From a candidate division FCPU426 bacterium (GTDB taxonomy: Bacteria; Oederibacteriota; Muellerivitia; Muellerivitales; Muellerivitaceae): a DNA stretch of 64,000 nucleotides. Where the stretch lies: the NCBI GenBank assembly GCA_963771075.1, contig CAVYSE010000024.1:1-64000 (forward strand), given 5' to 3'. This document shows positions 11,322 through 21,057 of this stretch, in pieces. The position numbers and the translations under genes were made by a program. The notes beneath the pieces are model-generated. The model was not told the origin of the DNA. It searched no databases and worked only from the letters and a program-made list of their open reading frames with translations. Position 1 is the first letter of the stretch; each line of letters opens with the position of its first letter.

Positions 11322-12054
11322 GTCGATGAGGTATTTTGCCCTTTTACTGGCGGTTCTGCTACTGGCATTCTTCGGCTACATCGCCTGGGATTGGCGACAG
11401 ACCTCTTTACAGGTTCGTTCCCAGCTGGGACCCCGGGATTATGTGGGTTCCCAGGCCGGCGGGGAGGGCGCCCCGGTACGGTATGTTTACGGGTTTCCCG
11501 ATCCAGTCATCTCCCATGATCAAAGTACGGCCCAGATCGAGGCGATCAAGTGGGGGCAGGGAGATTACGCCGATCTTCAATACAAGGTCAACGGCCTGAC
11601 CCAGGCGGAATACCAAACGGACGCCCATTTTCACTGCGGGGGGCAAAAGGCCTGGTTCAAGGAAGAATACACCATGTGGATCGATGCGCTAACGGTCGAG
11701 TTCGTTTATAACACCCTGACCGTCTATGTTTCGAGCGATTATCCGGAAGGATCATGCCAATACGAACAGGTATTGGCTCACGAGAAACAGCACGTGGAGA
11801 TCAACCGGGAGGTTTACCAAGAGTTCCAGCGGAAGATGCGGGAAACCTTGGCGGCCGCCACGAACCTGCCCACCCATTCCCATCCCATCACCACCGCCAA
11901 TTGGGACCAGGGCAAGGAAAGCATGGGTCAAATGATCAGCGATACCGTCAATCCTGTTTTTAATGATTTCGGAGCGGAGTTACAGCGACGTAACGGGCTT
12001 TTGGATAGCCCGGATCATTACAACGAGTTGAAGGGCAAATGTCCGAGTTGGTGA
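11320..12054 (+). CDS. Membrane-anchored putative Zn-metallopeptidase-like protein (DUF922-like)
   Basis: N-terminal TM helix; VLAHEKQH (HExxH). Start could be 11326. Confidence 0.6.
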   Translation: MSMRYFALLLAVLLLAFFGYIAWDWRQTSLQVRSQLGPRDYVGSQAGGEGAPVRYVYGFPDPVISHDQSTAQIEAIKWGQGDYADLQYKVNGLTQAEYQTDAHFHCGGQKAWFKEEYTMWIDALTVEFVYNTLTVYVSSDYPEGSCQYEQVLAHEKQHVEINREVYQEFQRKMRETLAAATNLPTHSHPITTANWDQGKESMGQMISDTVNPVFNDFGAELQRRNGLLDSPDHYNELKGKCPSW

Positions 12055-12094
12055 TAGTTTTATTGAGAAACTTTTTGCGAGACGAGCGTGGGGA

Positions 12095-12808
12095 TTAGTA
12101 AAGGTTTTCCAAAGAGGCCATTTTTTTTGAATAGCGGCTGAGAACGGAAGAAGCGTCCCGGAGGTGCACCCAGATATCCTTGAAGTTCCAGTTCCGCTGA
12201 TAGTGAGCGGTCGTGCGGCGGGCCAAAATGGCTGAACGAAGGTCTTCCGCGGTGGTGCCGGGGAACTGGGTATAGCCCATGCCGATGAAACGGCTGTTGT
12301 GGGCGTCGCTGGACCCGATATGGGCGAAATCCATTTTTTCCAACGCCCGCAGGGCCTTGCGGTTGCTCCAGAAGGAGAGGGCATCCCCGTGATTTACCGT
12401 TTCCACACCGTCAAAGGGAATCTCGTGGATCAATTCGACGGCCGGTGGATGCTTGGAATCGCGGCCGGTATAGAGGTGAAAGGGATGCGCCAAAACGGCC
12501 AAACCTCCCTGTTGGTGGATGAGTTCGACCGTTCGTTTGGCACTCAACCGGGGAGGGACGAACTTGGTCAGGAAGTAACCCAGCACGTGTCCGTTGAGGC
12601 TGCTGATTTCCTCTCCCACGATGACATGGACGCCCAAGTCAGGCCTCCGGCAGGAATATTCATGGGCGCGAAAGGCGCCTTCCAGGGTGTCATGGTCAGT
12701 AACGGCGATTAGCGTAAGCCCGGCTTTGGAGGCGGATTGGACAACTTGGCGGGGGCTGTGGAGCCCATCGGAGAAATCAGTGTGTAGGTGTAGATCTACT
12801 TTTGGCAT
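12095..12808 (-). CDS. PHP-domain metal-dependent phosphoesterase
   Basis: DLHLHT..SDG, AVTDHD, GEEI, GHVL, LAHP, SSDAH. Confidence 0.9.
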   Translation of the reverse strand: MPKVDLHLHTDFSDGLHSPRQVVQSASKAGLTLIAVTDHDTLEGAFRAHEYSCRRPDLGVHVIVGEEISSLNGHVLGYFLTKFVPPRLSAKRTVELIHQQGGLAVLAHPFHLYTGRDSKHPPAVELIHEIPFDGVETVNHGDALSFWSNRKALRALEKMDFAHIGSSDAHNSRFIGMGYTQFPGTTAEDLRSAILARRTTAHYQRNWNFKDIWVHLRDASSVLSRYSKKMASLENLY

Positions 12809-12834
12809 CTTGGACCCTTAGGTTAAATCTCCTT

Positions 12835-12873
12835 CGTTAGGGTGAAGTCAATGCGGTGTTAACAACAAGTAAA
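12835..12873 (-). promoter_or_regulatory. Four Pho-box-like direct repeats upstream of PHP gene
   Basis: Minus strand TTTACT-N5-TTAACA-N5-TTGACT-N5-CTAACG, exact 11-bp period. Confidence 0.55.
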
Positions 12874-12889
12874 ACTTATAGTCTAGGAT

Positions 12890-13297
12890 TCAAACACCGA
12901 TCCTACAAATATCCAGCCGGTTGTTTTGCCGTTTGACCGCCAGACTTTCACCTATTCTTTTAACGACCGTTTGTGGGTTGACAGGTTTTGACATTGCCCA
13001 ATCAACCCCCCATTTGTAAACCTGGTTGACCTGGTCCAGGCTTGAAAACGTGCTGACCGCACCTACTACGGCCAAAGAGGAACATTGGGCTAGGTTTCGA
13101 GCCTGATGTATGAAATCATTTGCGTTCAAACCAGACATTGTGGGATCCAAAATAAGTCCTACGGGTTGGTAAACCTTTAGGATATCCAACGCTTTTGCCC
13201 ATCGAGCGCAGCTTAATACGATGAATGGGGGTGAAAGGTATGCGCTTAATTCCCTTAAGTCCTGGGTGTTTTCATCTAACAGCATGATTTTCTCCAT
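12890..13297 (-). CDS. Single-domain response-regulator receiver (divergent)
   Basis: KIMLLDEN, GLILD, SKPV receiver pattern. Confidence 0.75.
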   Translation of the reverse strand: MEKIMLLDENTQDLRELSAYLSPPFIVLSCARWAKALDILKVYQPVGLILDPTMSGLNANDFIHQARNLAQCSSLAVVGAVSTFSSLDQVNQVYKWGVDWAMSKPVNPQTVVKRIGESLAVKRQNNRLDICRIGV

Positions 13298-13383
13298 TCA
13301 CTCACCTCCAACCATTTGTCTTATGGATTCGTTACCTGAATCATTTTTGCGATTGAAAGGTTAAAAAATGGAAAAATCACGGG

Positions 13384-13411
13384 AGTGAAAAGCCCGTAAA
13401 GACGTGGTAAA
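13384..13411 (-). promoter_or_regulatory. Three Pho-box-like repeats upstream of receiver gene
   Basis: Minus strand TTTACC-N5-TTTACG-N5-TTCACT. Confidence 0.45.
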
Positions 13412-13457
13412 AAATGGGGTTGAAGATTACTTGATTTCCCCCCAAATTAGGGAGGGA

Positions 13458-13503
13458 TTTACATCCATTTAACAGCGCATGGAAGTGTCCCTGCTTATAT
13501 AAT
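13458..13503 (+). promoter_or_regulatory. Pho-box pair plus -10 element upstream of phoB
   Basis: TTTACA-N5-TTAACA at 13458-13474 and TATAAT at 13498-13503. Confidence 0.55.
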
Positions 13504-13557
13504 CCGGTCGACTGAATGTCTTTTCCCGCCGGCCTTGCGTACCTTAAGGAAGGTTCC

Positions 13558-14241
13558 ATGAAACAAGTATTCATCGTTGAGGACGAAAAAGATCTGGTTG
13601 AATTATTGACTTACAATCTTGAAAAAGACGGGTATCGGGTCTTATCGGAAATGGATGGGGAGGCAGCCTTAAAGAAAATTCCCGAGAAAATGCCCGATTT
13701 GGTTCTGCTGGACCTGATGCTTCCCAAAACCGACGGACTTACCGTCTGTAAAACCCTGAAATCCAACCCCAAAACCTCCCATATTCCGGTGGTCATGCTG
13801 ACCGCCAAGGGTGAGGAGTCGGACAAGATCGTGGGTCTAGAGTTGGGGGCGGATGATTACATTACCAAACCCTTTTCCGTCAAGGAACTTTTGGCCCGGG
13901 TGAGGGCGGTTTTAAGGCGGTTCAGCAAGTCCCAGGAGGGGGAACCAATCCAGAAGTTCAAGGATCTTACCTTTAACCGAGCCAAGCACGAGGTGATTCT
14001 AAAAAACCAGAAACTCGACTTGACCGCCAAGGAGTTTGAACTCCTGGATTATTTTCTCACCCATTCGAGCCGGGTGCTTTCCCGCGATGTGCTGTTGAAC
14101 AATGTTTGGGGTTACGATTATTTCGGCACGACCCGGACGGTGGATGTCCATGTCAGGCGACTGCGCGAGAAACTGGGCGCCTATGATAAGCACATCCAGA
14201 CCGTGAAGGGTTATGGCTACCTATTCAAGGAAGAAATTTAG
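13558..14241 (+). CDS. phoB: OmpR/PhoB-family response regulator (PhoB/PhoP-like)
   Basis: VEDE, LLDLMLP, LTAKGEE, GADDYITKPFS, TRTVDVHVRRLREKL, TVKGYGY; AAGGAAGG RBS. Confidence 0.85.
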   Translation: MKQVFIVEDEKDLVELLTYNLEKDGYRVLSEMDGEAALKKIPEKMPDLVLLDLMLPKTDGLTVCKTLKSNPKTSHIPVVMLTAKGEESDKIVGLELGADDYITKPFSVKELLARVRAVLRRFSKSQEGEPIQKFKDLTFNRAKHEVILKNQKLDLTAKEFELLDYFLTHSSRVLSRDVLLNNVWGYDYFGTTRTVDVHVRRLREKLGAYDKHIQTVKGYGYLFKEEI

Positions 14242-14340
14242 ATCCTTCGTTTCCCACCTTTGGAATCCTATAAGGACCGTGAGACTTCCCCGCTTTATTA
14301 TTCTTGGAGTTTTTGCCTGGGGATGGCTTAAAATCCAGCT

Positions 14341-15642
14341 ATGAAAAATTCCAACCGTCCCTTTTGGATATTCCTTTTCCTAATCCTAATGGTATGGGCG
14401 TTTTTTGCTTGGATGAATGCCCTGATTTGGCAATCGGTTCTATTGATGGGTTTTGGCCTCCTTTCGGGATTTGGCCTGGCCCGCCTATTTCAGACTTCCA
14501 GGCCGACTGAGGATCCGCGTTCCCAACCATCTCCGGAAGTTCCGAAATCCTATGGGGATAGCTATCTCCCTGGTCGAAATTTTGAGGAAATGATCCGCCG
14601 TTTGGGCTCCAACGAGTCGATGCTCAACGTGATCCTCAAGAGCATGGGGGAGGGTGTGCTCCTTCTCAACCAAGCGGACCGCATCATCCTGATGAATCCC
14701 TCCGCCGAGAAGATCTTGGAAACCGTCGAGGAAAAAAACCTGGGCAAGCACTACCTGGAGGTGGTTCGGCATCCCCTCCTGGCCGATCTTTTGGCGGCAT
14801 CCAAGCGGGAAGGCCGGGCTGGAGGGGAGATCGAGTTCGGTGGCAGGGATGAGCGTTACTTCACGGTAAGCGTGGGCGCCATAAGGGTCGAGGGGGATTA
14901 CCTGTTGGGGCAAATTGTCGTTTTTTCAGATATAACCTCCCTCCGGCGCCTGATGCGCATGCGAACGGAGTTCGTGGCCAATGTCTCCCATGAATTGCGA
15001 ACGCCGTTGACGGCTATCCTGGGTTATGTGGAAACCCTTTTGGAGGGCGCCATCGACGACCGCAAGAATAGGGCGCAATTCCTCAAGAAGATTTCTGACC
15101 AGGCCAACCGCCTCAACGCGCTCATTACCGACGTGCTGGAACTCTCCAAGATCGAGAGCGGACTGTACATTACTGGTCTGGAACTGTTGAGACCCGCCGA
15201 GGTGGCCCAACAGGTTGTGGAACTCCTGAAGGCCAAATGGGAAGCCAAGGAAATGGTCATCCGGCAGGACATCCCGCCCCAAGTCCTGGTATTGGCCCAC
15301 CGAGAAGGGCTTTTTCACGTCTTGGAAAATCTGCTGGACAACGCGATCAAGTATTCCCCTTCCAAAACCGAGATTCGATTATCCGCCCAACCCTCCGAGG
15401 GGGACCGAATGGAAATAACGGTCGAGGACCAGGGGCCGGGAATCCCTCCGGAGGCCCAGCTTCGTGTATTTGAAAGGTTTTTCAGAGTGGATGTGTCCCG
15501 CAGCCGGGAGGCTGGCGGGACCGGCCTAGGGCTTTCCATCGTGAAGCATTTGGTGGAAAAGATGGACGGAGAAGTCCTTTTGAAAAGCACCGAGGGGAAG
15601 GGAAGCGCCTTCACGGTTCGGTTGCGAGCCAGGGAAACTTAG
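14341..15642 (+). CDS. phoR: PhoR-like sensor histidine kinase (2 TM, PAS, HisKA, HATPase)
   Basis: EFVANVSHELRTPLT, NLLDNAIKY, DQGPGI, FERFFRVD.SRSR..GGTGLGLSIVKH. Confidence 0.88.
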   Translation: MKNSNRPFWIFLFLILMVWAFFAWMNALIWQSVLLMGFGLLSGFGLARLFQTSRPTEDPRSQPSPEVPKSYGDSYLPGRNFEEMIRRLGSNESMLNVILKSMGEGVLLLNQADRIILMNPSAEKILETVEEKNLGKHYLEVVRHPLLADLLAASKREGRAGGEIEFGGRDERYFTVSVGAIRVEGDYLLGQIVVFSDITSLRRLMRMRTEFVANVSHELRTPLTAILGYVETLLEGAIDDRKNRAQFLKKISDQANRLNALITDVLELSKIESGLYITGLELLRPAEVAQQVVELLKAKWEAKEMVIRQDIPPQVLVLAHREGLFHVLENLLDNAIKYSPSKTEIRLSAQPSEGDRMEITVEDQGPGIPPEAQLRVFERFFRVDVSRSREAGGTGLGLSIVKHLVEKMDGEVLLKSTEGKGSAFTVRLRARET

Positions 15643-16062
15643 TACCGCTAACCAAACCTCAAACATTCATAACGAAAACTTTAAGATTGGTAAGAAAAGT
15701 ATTTTATAACTTCTTAAAGTCATTCATTCCCGATTTTAACTTTTTCGGGAATCCCATCCCCTTTCTGTAATCGAGGGAATGGTTCCGAAAAGCTACGCGC
15801 AATCTTATCCCTACCAATCGGTTTTCGGGTGTTTCGCTTTTAGATAGATCCCAATCGCAATCCTTTGAAAAAATTCTGACGAATTGTCAGATGTAATAGA
15901 ACGATGACTCCATTGGTAACAAATTGGGTAAGTTTTTACTTTTTTTGGGTGACTCGAATCGGTTTTAGAAGAGTTTTGTCGAAAGGATTTTCGGAACGGA
16001 AATTGCTGAATTTGAATGAAACAAGGGCCGAGAACCTGATCATTAAAAGGCATAACAATTTC

Positions 16063-17577
16063 ATGACAACGACAACCATCCTGCCGAGACTATCTCCTAA
16101 AAAAGGGCTCCACTTGAGCGTTTTCTTCGTTCTGGTGGGGCTGGCTTTTTTTTATTTTTGGCCGCGTGTTCACACCCATGGGTTCATTCCATTCGAAAAA
16201 AAAGACCTTCAATACCATGAGGGCTTAATGACCATTCCGGAATCAGAAAGACCTATGGATTTTGCCGTGATCGGCGTGGATTCGGATAAGTTCTCCTACT
16301 TCTCGCTTCCGGAATTGAAGCCCAACCCCTCGCTGCCGACAGCTTCCTATAACCGGGTGCGTGAAGAATTATATTGGCTGAATTTTGAACTGTGCCATGG
16401 GCGGGTGCTCAACGCACTACCCCCGCAAATAAAACTTTACGTTGCCTTACCCGATCCAAAACGCGTCCAGGATGCGACAGGACGGGAAGAAAAGTACTTT
16501 TTGGATTATGTGCGGTTGCGCTGTAACTGGACCCAAGACCGGATCGCGAGTCAAATACGCTTTTTCAAAAGCCCCGTTCCCCTGATCTGGGCCCAGGACA
16601 TCGGAAAAATCCTGGGACGGGACGATAGGGGCCGTTGGGTCGTTTTCCGGGGTTCCCAGGATATTCCCCTTTATCGTCAGGCCGTTTTGGATCTGTGCGC
16701 CGCCTATCCCGAACAATTCACCTTCCGGGATCTTCCCGACGGGGTTAGCGCCGAGGGTGGCGATGAGGACCTAGTACGAACTCCCGACGGCGACCAGGTG
16801 CTGATCGTGGGGAGGCACCGGGCTTTGAAACTCATGAATACCACCCGCACCCCCTCCACGGCAGCCGCCATGAGCCGGGATGAGATCGTACAAGACCAGA
16901 AAGAATTCTCGGCAGCCTTCGCGGGCCTGCCGGTTTGCCTCCTTCCGGCTGGCGCGCTCTTGGACCCATCCCTTGGCAATGACGAGCTTTTCCATCTCGA
17001 CATGTCAACGGCCGTGGTCGGAATGGCTCGAGAGGCCCAAGCCTTTGTGCCCACCTACCTCGCGAATCCCGTAGATCGAATTACGGGTCAGCCTTTGGAC
17101 GCGAATTTCGTCAAGAGTGTCCAGGGGGAGTTCGATCAGACCGCAGTGGAATTGGAGGGTTTGGGTTACAAGGTGGAGCGTCTTCCATTCGCGGACCATC
17201 CGGTGCGGAGCCCGGCCAATTTGGTACGTTTCTATGACCCGCAAAAAGGGAAATGCGTGGTTTTATTGGCGAAATACCCGGTCCATGACAATGAGGGGAA
17301 TGGGGGTGCCATCACTCCCCAGGTGGAATTGAAATCCAAATTGGACGCACTGCAATCTGCCTGCAAGGATTGGCAGGAAAAACCGGGGGAGATACCCTAT
17401 CAAGCCCTGATGGACGCCATCGCAAAAGTTTGGGCCGACATGGACGATACGGACAAGGAGTTCAACCCGGTTTTCAGCCAATGGGTCAAGACCTTCAACC
17501 GAGCGGGAATCGACGTCATACCCGTTTCCGACTTCGCATGGGGAGCGGGCGGCCTACATTGCCAAATGCTTCGGTAA
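16063..17577 (+). CDS. Membrane-anchored pentein-superfamily enzyme (peptidyl-arginine/agmatine deiminase-like)
   Basis: N-terminal TM helix; WAQD, AEGGD, FHLD and C-terminal GAGGLHC catalytic motifs. Confidence 0.7.
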   Translation: MTTTTILPRLSPKKGLHLSVFFVLVGLAFFYFWPRVHTHGFIPFEKKDLQYHEGLMTIPESERPMDFAVIGVDSDKFSYFSLPELKPNPSLPTASYNRVREELYWLNFELCHGRVLNALPPQIKLYVALPDPKRVQDATGREEKYFLDYVRLRCNWTQDRIASQIRFFKSPVPLIWAQDIGKILGRDDRGRWVVFRGSQDIPLYRQAVLDLCAAYPEQFTFRDLPDGVSAEGGDEDLVRTPDGDQVLIVGRHRALKLMNTTRTPSTAAAMSRDEIVQDQKEFSAAFAGLPVCLLPAGALLDPSLGNDELFHLDMSTAVVGMAREAQAFVPTYLANPVDRITGQPLDANFVKSVQGEFDQTAVELEGLGYKVERLPFADHPVRSPANLVRFYDPQKGKCVVLLAKYPVHDNEGNGGAITPQVELKSKLDALQSACKDWQEKPGEIPYQALMDAIAKVWADMDDTDKEFNPVFSQWVKTFNRAGIDVIPVSDFAWGAGGLHCQMLR

Positions 17578-17718
17578 TTCGCAAGGAATCCCTATAGGCC
17601 TGGATTTCGTTACCCGCGGGTCGGGCGGAGCCTATGGCGGCCCCCTCTTTCCACTTAAAACCGGTAACAGAACCTTAAACTTACATCGCGAAGAAAAGCA
17701 AAGATTTATTACGGCTAC

Positions 17719-18516
17719 TTAATTCTCTTCTCCTTTGTTCCCCGGTGCCAGGATGGCCCGGGCCGCTGCGTCCGCCTCGGATGTTTCGGAGGGGACCCCT
17801 TTTGAGATTCCCTTGAAGCGGTTAGACCGATCGGCCAGGATACGCTCCACCTTTTCCCGGATCTCCTTGTGGATTGACGCGGGCCTCCGGTTGCCTTGAA
17901 TAGTTGTGAATTTGTACTCTTTACCCAGGCCCTCAAAGACCTTGTGTAATTTGGTCTGGTACCGGATGAAGTTATCGTACATGCCACCCGCCCGTTGGAC
18001 GTCCATACCGGATTCCCAATAATCCAGAAGGCCGCTCTTGCTGAAATGCCTCTCCGCAAGGATCTTAGGAGTTACATTCAGATAAAAGACCGCGTCCGGT
18101 TCCAGGGCGAATCCGTATATTTCCTTCAGCCAATCCATGGAGGAGCCCCGGACGATATCCCGGGCCATGAGGGTATAGATATACCGGTCGGCCAGGACCA
18201 CAAAACCGGCCCTGAGGGCCGGGATCATCACCCTTTCCAGCTGATCGGCGAAATCGGTGGCATAAAACAAGTTCAAGGTGATGGCGTTCAGCGTGTTCCC
18301 CTGCATGGCCTCAGCCAGGGCCTCGCCCACCAGCTCACTGCGTTTGAGGCCCACGTTCACCGTCGGAAACCCCTTGCGCTCCAGCCAACTGGTCAAATAA
18401 CCCATCTGGGTGGAACGGCCCGATCCGTCCGATCCTTCGATGATGATCAAGGTGCCGTTCAGAAGGGCCGGGTCCACGCCGGGCAAACCCTTTCCGTAGA
18501 AACGTTTGTTTTTCAT
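17719..18516 (-). CDS. Thymidylate-kinase-fold protein with variant P-loop (candidate polyphosphate-kinase subunit)
   Basis: IEGSDGSGRST (Lys->Arg), FYATDFAD, LADRYIYT; 4-nt overlap with upstream paralog. Confidence 0.8.
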   Translation of the reverse strand: MKNKRFYGKGLPGVDPALLNGTLIIIEGSDGSGRSTQMGYLTSWLERKGFPTVNVGLKRSELVGEALAEAMQGNTLNAITLNLFYATDFADQLERVMIPALRAGFVVLADRYIYTLMARDIVRGSSMDWLKEIYGFALEPDAVFYLNVTPKILAERHFSKSGLLDYWESGMDVQRAGGMYDNFIRYQTKLHKVFEGLGKEYKFTTIQGNRRPASIHKEIREKVERILADRSNRFKGISKGVPSETSEADAAARAILAPGNKGEEN

Positions 18517-19208
18517 GGCTTCGCCTCTTTTCCCTTGAGCTTGTATTCCTTCAGGTTGATCTTGCGCCGCACGATTTCCCGCATGAGGGCCTGTTGCTCC
18601 TCCGAGGGGAGGGTGGCATCCACCCTCTCGAACGGGAATTCCTTCCCGATGCGGCCATATTCTTCGTAGATCTTGCCCTGGAAAATCTTGAATGATTCGT
18701 AAGGATCCTTGGAAAAACCCATATCCAATCCCGCCTCGTGGTATTTGAGCATAGGGCGCCCCTCCAAAATGCGCCCCAGCGCCACATCCAGGGGAACCTC
18801 AAAAAAGAAAGTGATATCGGGCTTCCGGGCGAAGCGGTATAGCTTCCTAAGCCAATCCCGGTCGCAGCCCCGCACCGCGTCCCGGGCAAAGGCGGTATAA
18901 ACATAGCGGTCCGCCAGGACCAGATAGCCGCCTTGAAGGAGGGGAAGGATTTGCCGCTCATAACGGTCGGCGAAATCGGTGCAATGGATCAGGGAAAAGG
19001 TCGTGGGGGTCAGCAGTTTTTTCTTTTTCCCTTTCCGGGTGGCTTTCTTGACTAAATCAGAGGAATTCCACTCGGTGAAAAAAACCTTGTAGCCTTCCAG
19101 CTCCAACCATCGTTTCAATAGCCGGATTTGGGTGGATTTGCCGGATCCGTCCAGACCTTCCACGGCAATTAGCTTGCCTCGGATTTCATTGCTTGGTTTT
19201 TTCGCCAT
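18513..19208 (-). CDS. Thymidylate-kinase-fold protein with canonical P-loop (candidate polyphosphate-kinase subunit)
   Basis: VEGLDGSGKST, TEWNSS, basic patch KKATRKGKKKK, HCTDFADR, LADRYVYT. Confidence 0.82.
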   Translation of the reverse strand: MAKKPSNEIRGKLIAVEGLDGSGKSTQIRLLKRWLELEGYKVFFTEWNSSDLVKKATRKGKKKKLLTPTTFSLIHCTDFADRYERQILPLLQGGYLVLADRYVYTAFARDAVRGCDRDWLRKLYRFARKPDITFFFEVPLDVALGRILEGRPMLKYHEAGLDMGFSKDPYESFKIFQGKIYEEYGRIGKEFPFERVDATLPSEEQQALMREIVRRKINLKEYKLKGKEAKP

Positions 19209-19296
19209 GGGTGTCGTCTCCTCTCAATTCCACAAATACCCCACTCCTTTAAGGAACGGGACGAATGAAAATTTCCCCTCTCGAACGGCTCCGGTG

Positions 19297-20823
19297 TTAA
19301 GCCCTGGACTCCTTGCTTCCCACGATTAAACGTGTTCGAAACACCTTCTCAAAAAGGTCCCTTTTTCGAAGGAGGGCCCAGCGCTCCAGCAACAAGTCGC
19401 CCTGGCCCTTGAGCTTTAGTAAAAATGTTTTTCCCTTTCTCACCAGGGTGAAACCCGAGACTTTGGAGGAGTGCTCATGATCCATCGCGTCCGCGAGCCG
19501 CAGGAGGGCCGCTAGCTTACTGACCACCTGGCGTTGGGCGGGCGTCAGGGCGCGGAAATTCTCATGATCCATTTTGGGACAGGCCTTTCGATGGTAACGC
19601 GCCACATTGGCGATGATCTCGACCTGGTCGTTGTGAAGGCCCACCAATTGGGTGGCTTTGATGAGATAATAGGAATGTTTGTGGTGGGAACCGTAATTCA
19701 CGAACTGGCCGATATCATGAAGCTGGGCCGCCACCTCCAAAAGCAACCGTTGATCATCCCCCAAACGGTGGAGGGGCTTGGTTTCCTCGAAAAGCTCCAG
19801 GGCCAGTTTGGTCACGGCGATGGCGTGTGCCTCGTCGTAGGCGTACTTCAAACCCACCTGCTTGAGGGCGCCGACCACTTCCTGGCGGTGAAGGGGGCGT
19901 TTGCCTGTCAACAACTCGGTGACCATCTCGATGAGAAGACCTTCCTTGACGCCTACGTTGGGAATATAGATTCGGCTCATTTTTCCCACTTCCATCACCT
20001 TTTGGAGCACCGTGGCCGCGGGTAGGATCACATCCGCCCGGTCGGGCCTTAGGCCCAGGCGGGTCACCCTTTCTTCATAGGTAAGGGCCTGGATACGGGC
20101 TAGGATGGAACGAAGTTCCCCCAGGGTCACGAAAAGAGAACTGGGTTTATGCAGGATCTGGCTTTTCAGAGAAAGCAGGGCATCCAGGTTGCCGCCGGTA
20201 CCGGCGCAGATATTGATGCGCTGGCCCGCCAGCTTTTGGTTGAAACGCTTGCTAGCCGATTCGACATATTCTTGGACCATTTGGTTGAACCGTTTTTCCC
20301 CAACCTTTTTTTGCTCCAAGACCTGCAGAAGTCGTACCGCACCCATCTTGAAACTATCGGTCGCGAGGATCTTGTTCTCCCGGGCCAAGGTTAGTTCCAC
20401 GCTTCCCCCGCCGATGTCGATGAGCATGGCGGTCTTGTTATGCAGGGGGATCTTCTGGGACACGGCCAGGTAGACCAGGAGGGCCTCCTCCTCGCCCGTG
20501 ATCGGCCTCAGGTCGATACCGGTGGCTTCCAAGATCTGCGCCACGAACTCGTCCCGATTGCGGGCTTCCCGGACCGCGCTGGTCGCTACCGCCCGGGTAA
20601 TAACCACTTGGTGCTGGTGGATGAGGTCCTTGAACCGCAGGAAAGCTTCGACGGCTTTTTGTATGGTTTCCTTTGAAATAACTCCCAGGGTGAATACGTC
20701 CTGGCCCAAACGGACGGGTTCCCGCATATCCTCAACCAGGTGAAGTTTTTTGTTGTGGTCGAGGAAACCAATGGCCAATCGCATGGCGTTGGATCCAACA
20801 TCAATGGAGCAAAGGTTAGGCAT
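19297..20823 (-). CDS. ppx: Ppx/GppA exopolyphosphatase with C-terminal HD domain
   Basis: IDVGSNAMRL, VRLG, ATSAVREA, GEEEA, DIGGGSVE, GAVRL, RADVI, LHDIG, ARYHRK, LLRLADAMD. Confidence 0.92.
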   Translation of the reverse strand: MPNLCSIDVGSNAMRLAIGFLDHNKKLHLVEDMREPVRLGQDVFTLGVISKETIQKAVEAFLRFKDLIHQHQVVITRAVATSAVREARNRDEFVAQILEATGIDLRPITGEEEALLVYLAVSQKIPLHNKTAMLIDIGGGSVELTLARENKILATDSFKMGAVRLLQVLEQKKVGEKRFNQMVQEYVESASKRFNQKLAGQRINICAGTGGNLDALLSLKSQILHKPSSLFVTLGELRSILARIQALTYEERVTRLGLRPDRADVILPAATVLQKVMEVGKMSRIYIPNVGVKEGLLIEMVTELLTGKRPLHRQEVVGALKQVGLKYAYDEAHAIAVTKLALELFEETKPLHRLGDDQRLLLEVAAQLHDIGQFVNYGSHHKHSYYLIKATQLVGLHNDQVEIIANVARYHRKACPKMDHENFRALTPAQRQVVSKLAALLRLADAMDHEHSSKVSGFTLVRKGKTFLLKLKGQGDLLLERWALLRKRDLFEKVFRTRLIVGSKESRA

Positions 20824-21057
20824 GGAACCTCTTAAAGGCGAAGGGTTTCAAGTTCAGGGCGTCCAGGGGACCGACTCCGGTCCCTCGGATATGTCCCGGC
20901 CGCCGAATGGCCTGGAAAAAGGCATATTATAGGGTTTGAAAGGATTTTTGGGAGGCATTCGGGGCAGGGGGACCAAGTTTCGGCCTTTTTTATGTGAATT
21001 TTACATATATGAAATGTTCAAAGCGTACCCTTTGACCCATCGAAGGGGGATTGCACG

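Noticed and set aside
17719..19208. Calling the pair tmk
   Set aside because: Duplicated, one P-loop variant, no TREPG motif and linked to ppx; symbol withheld.
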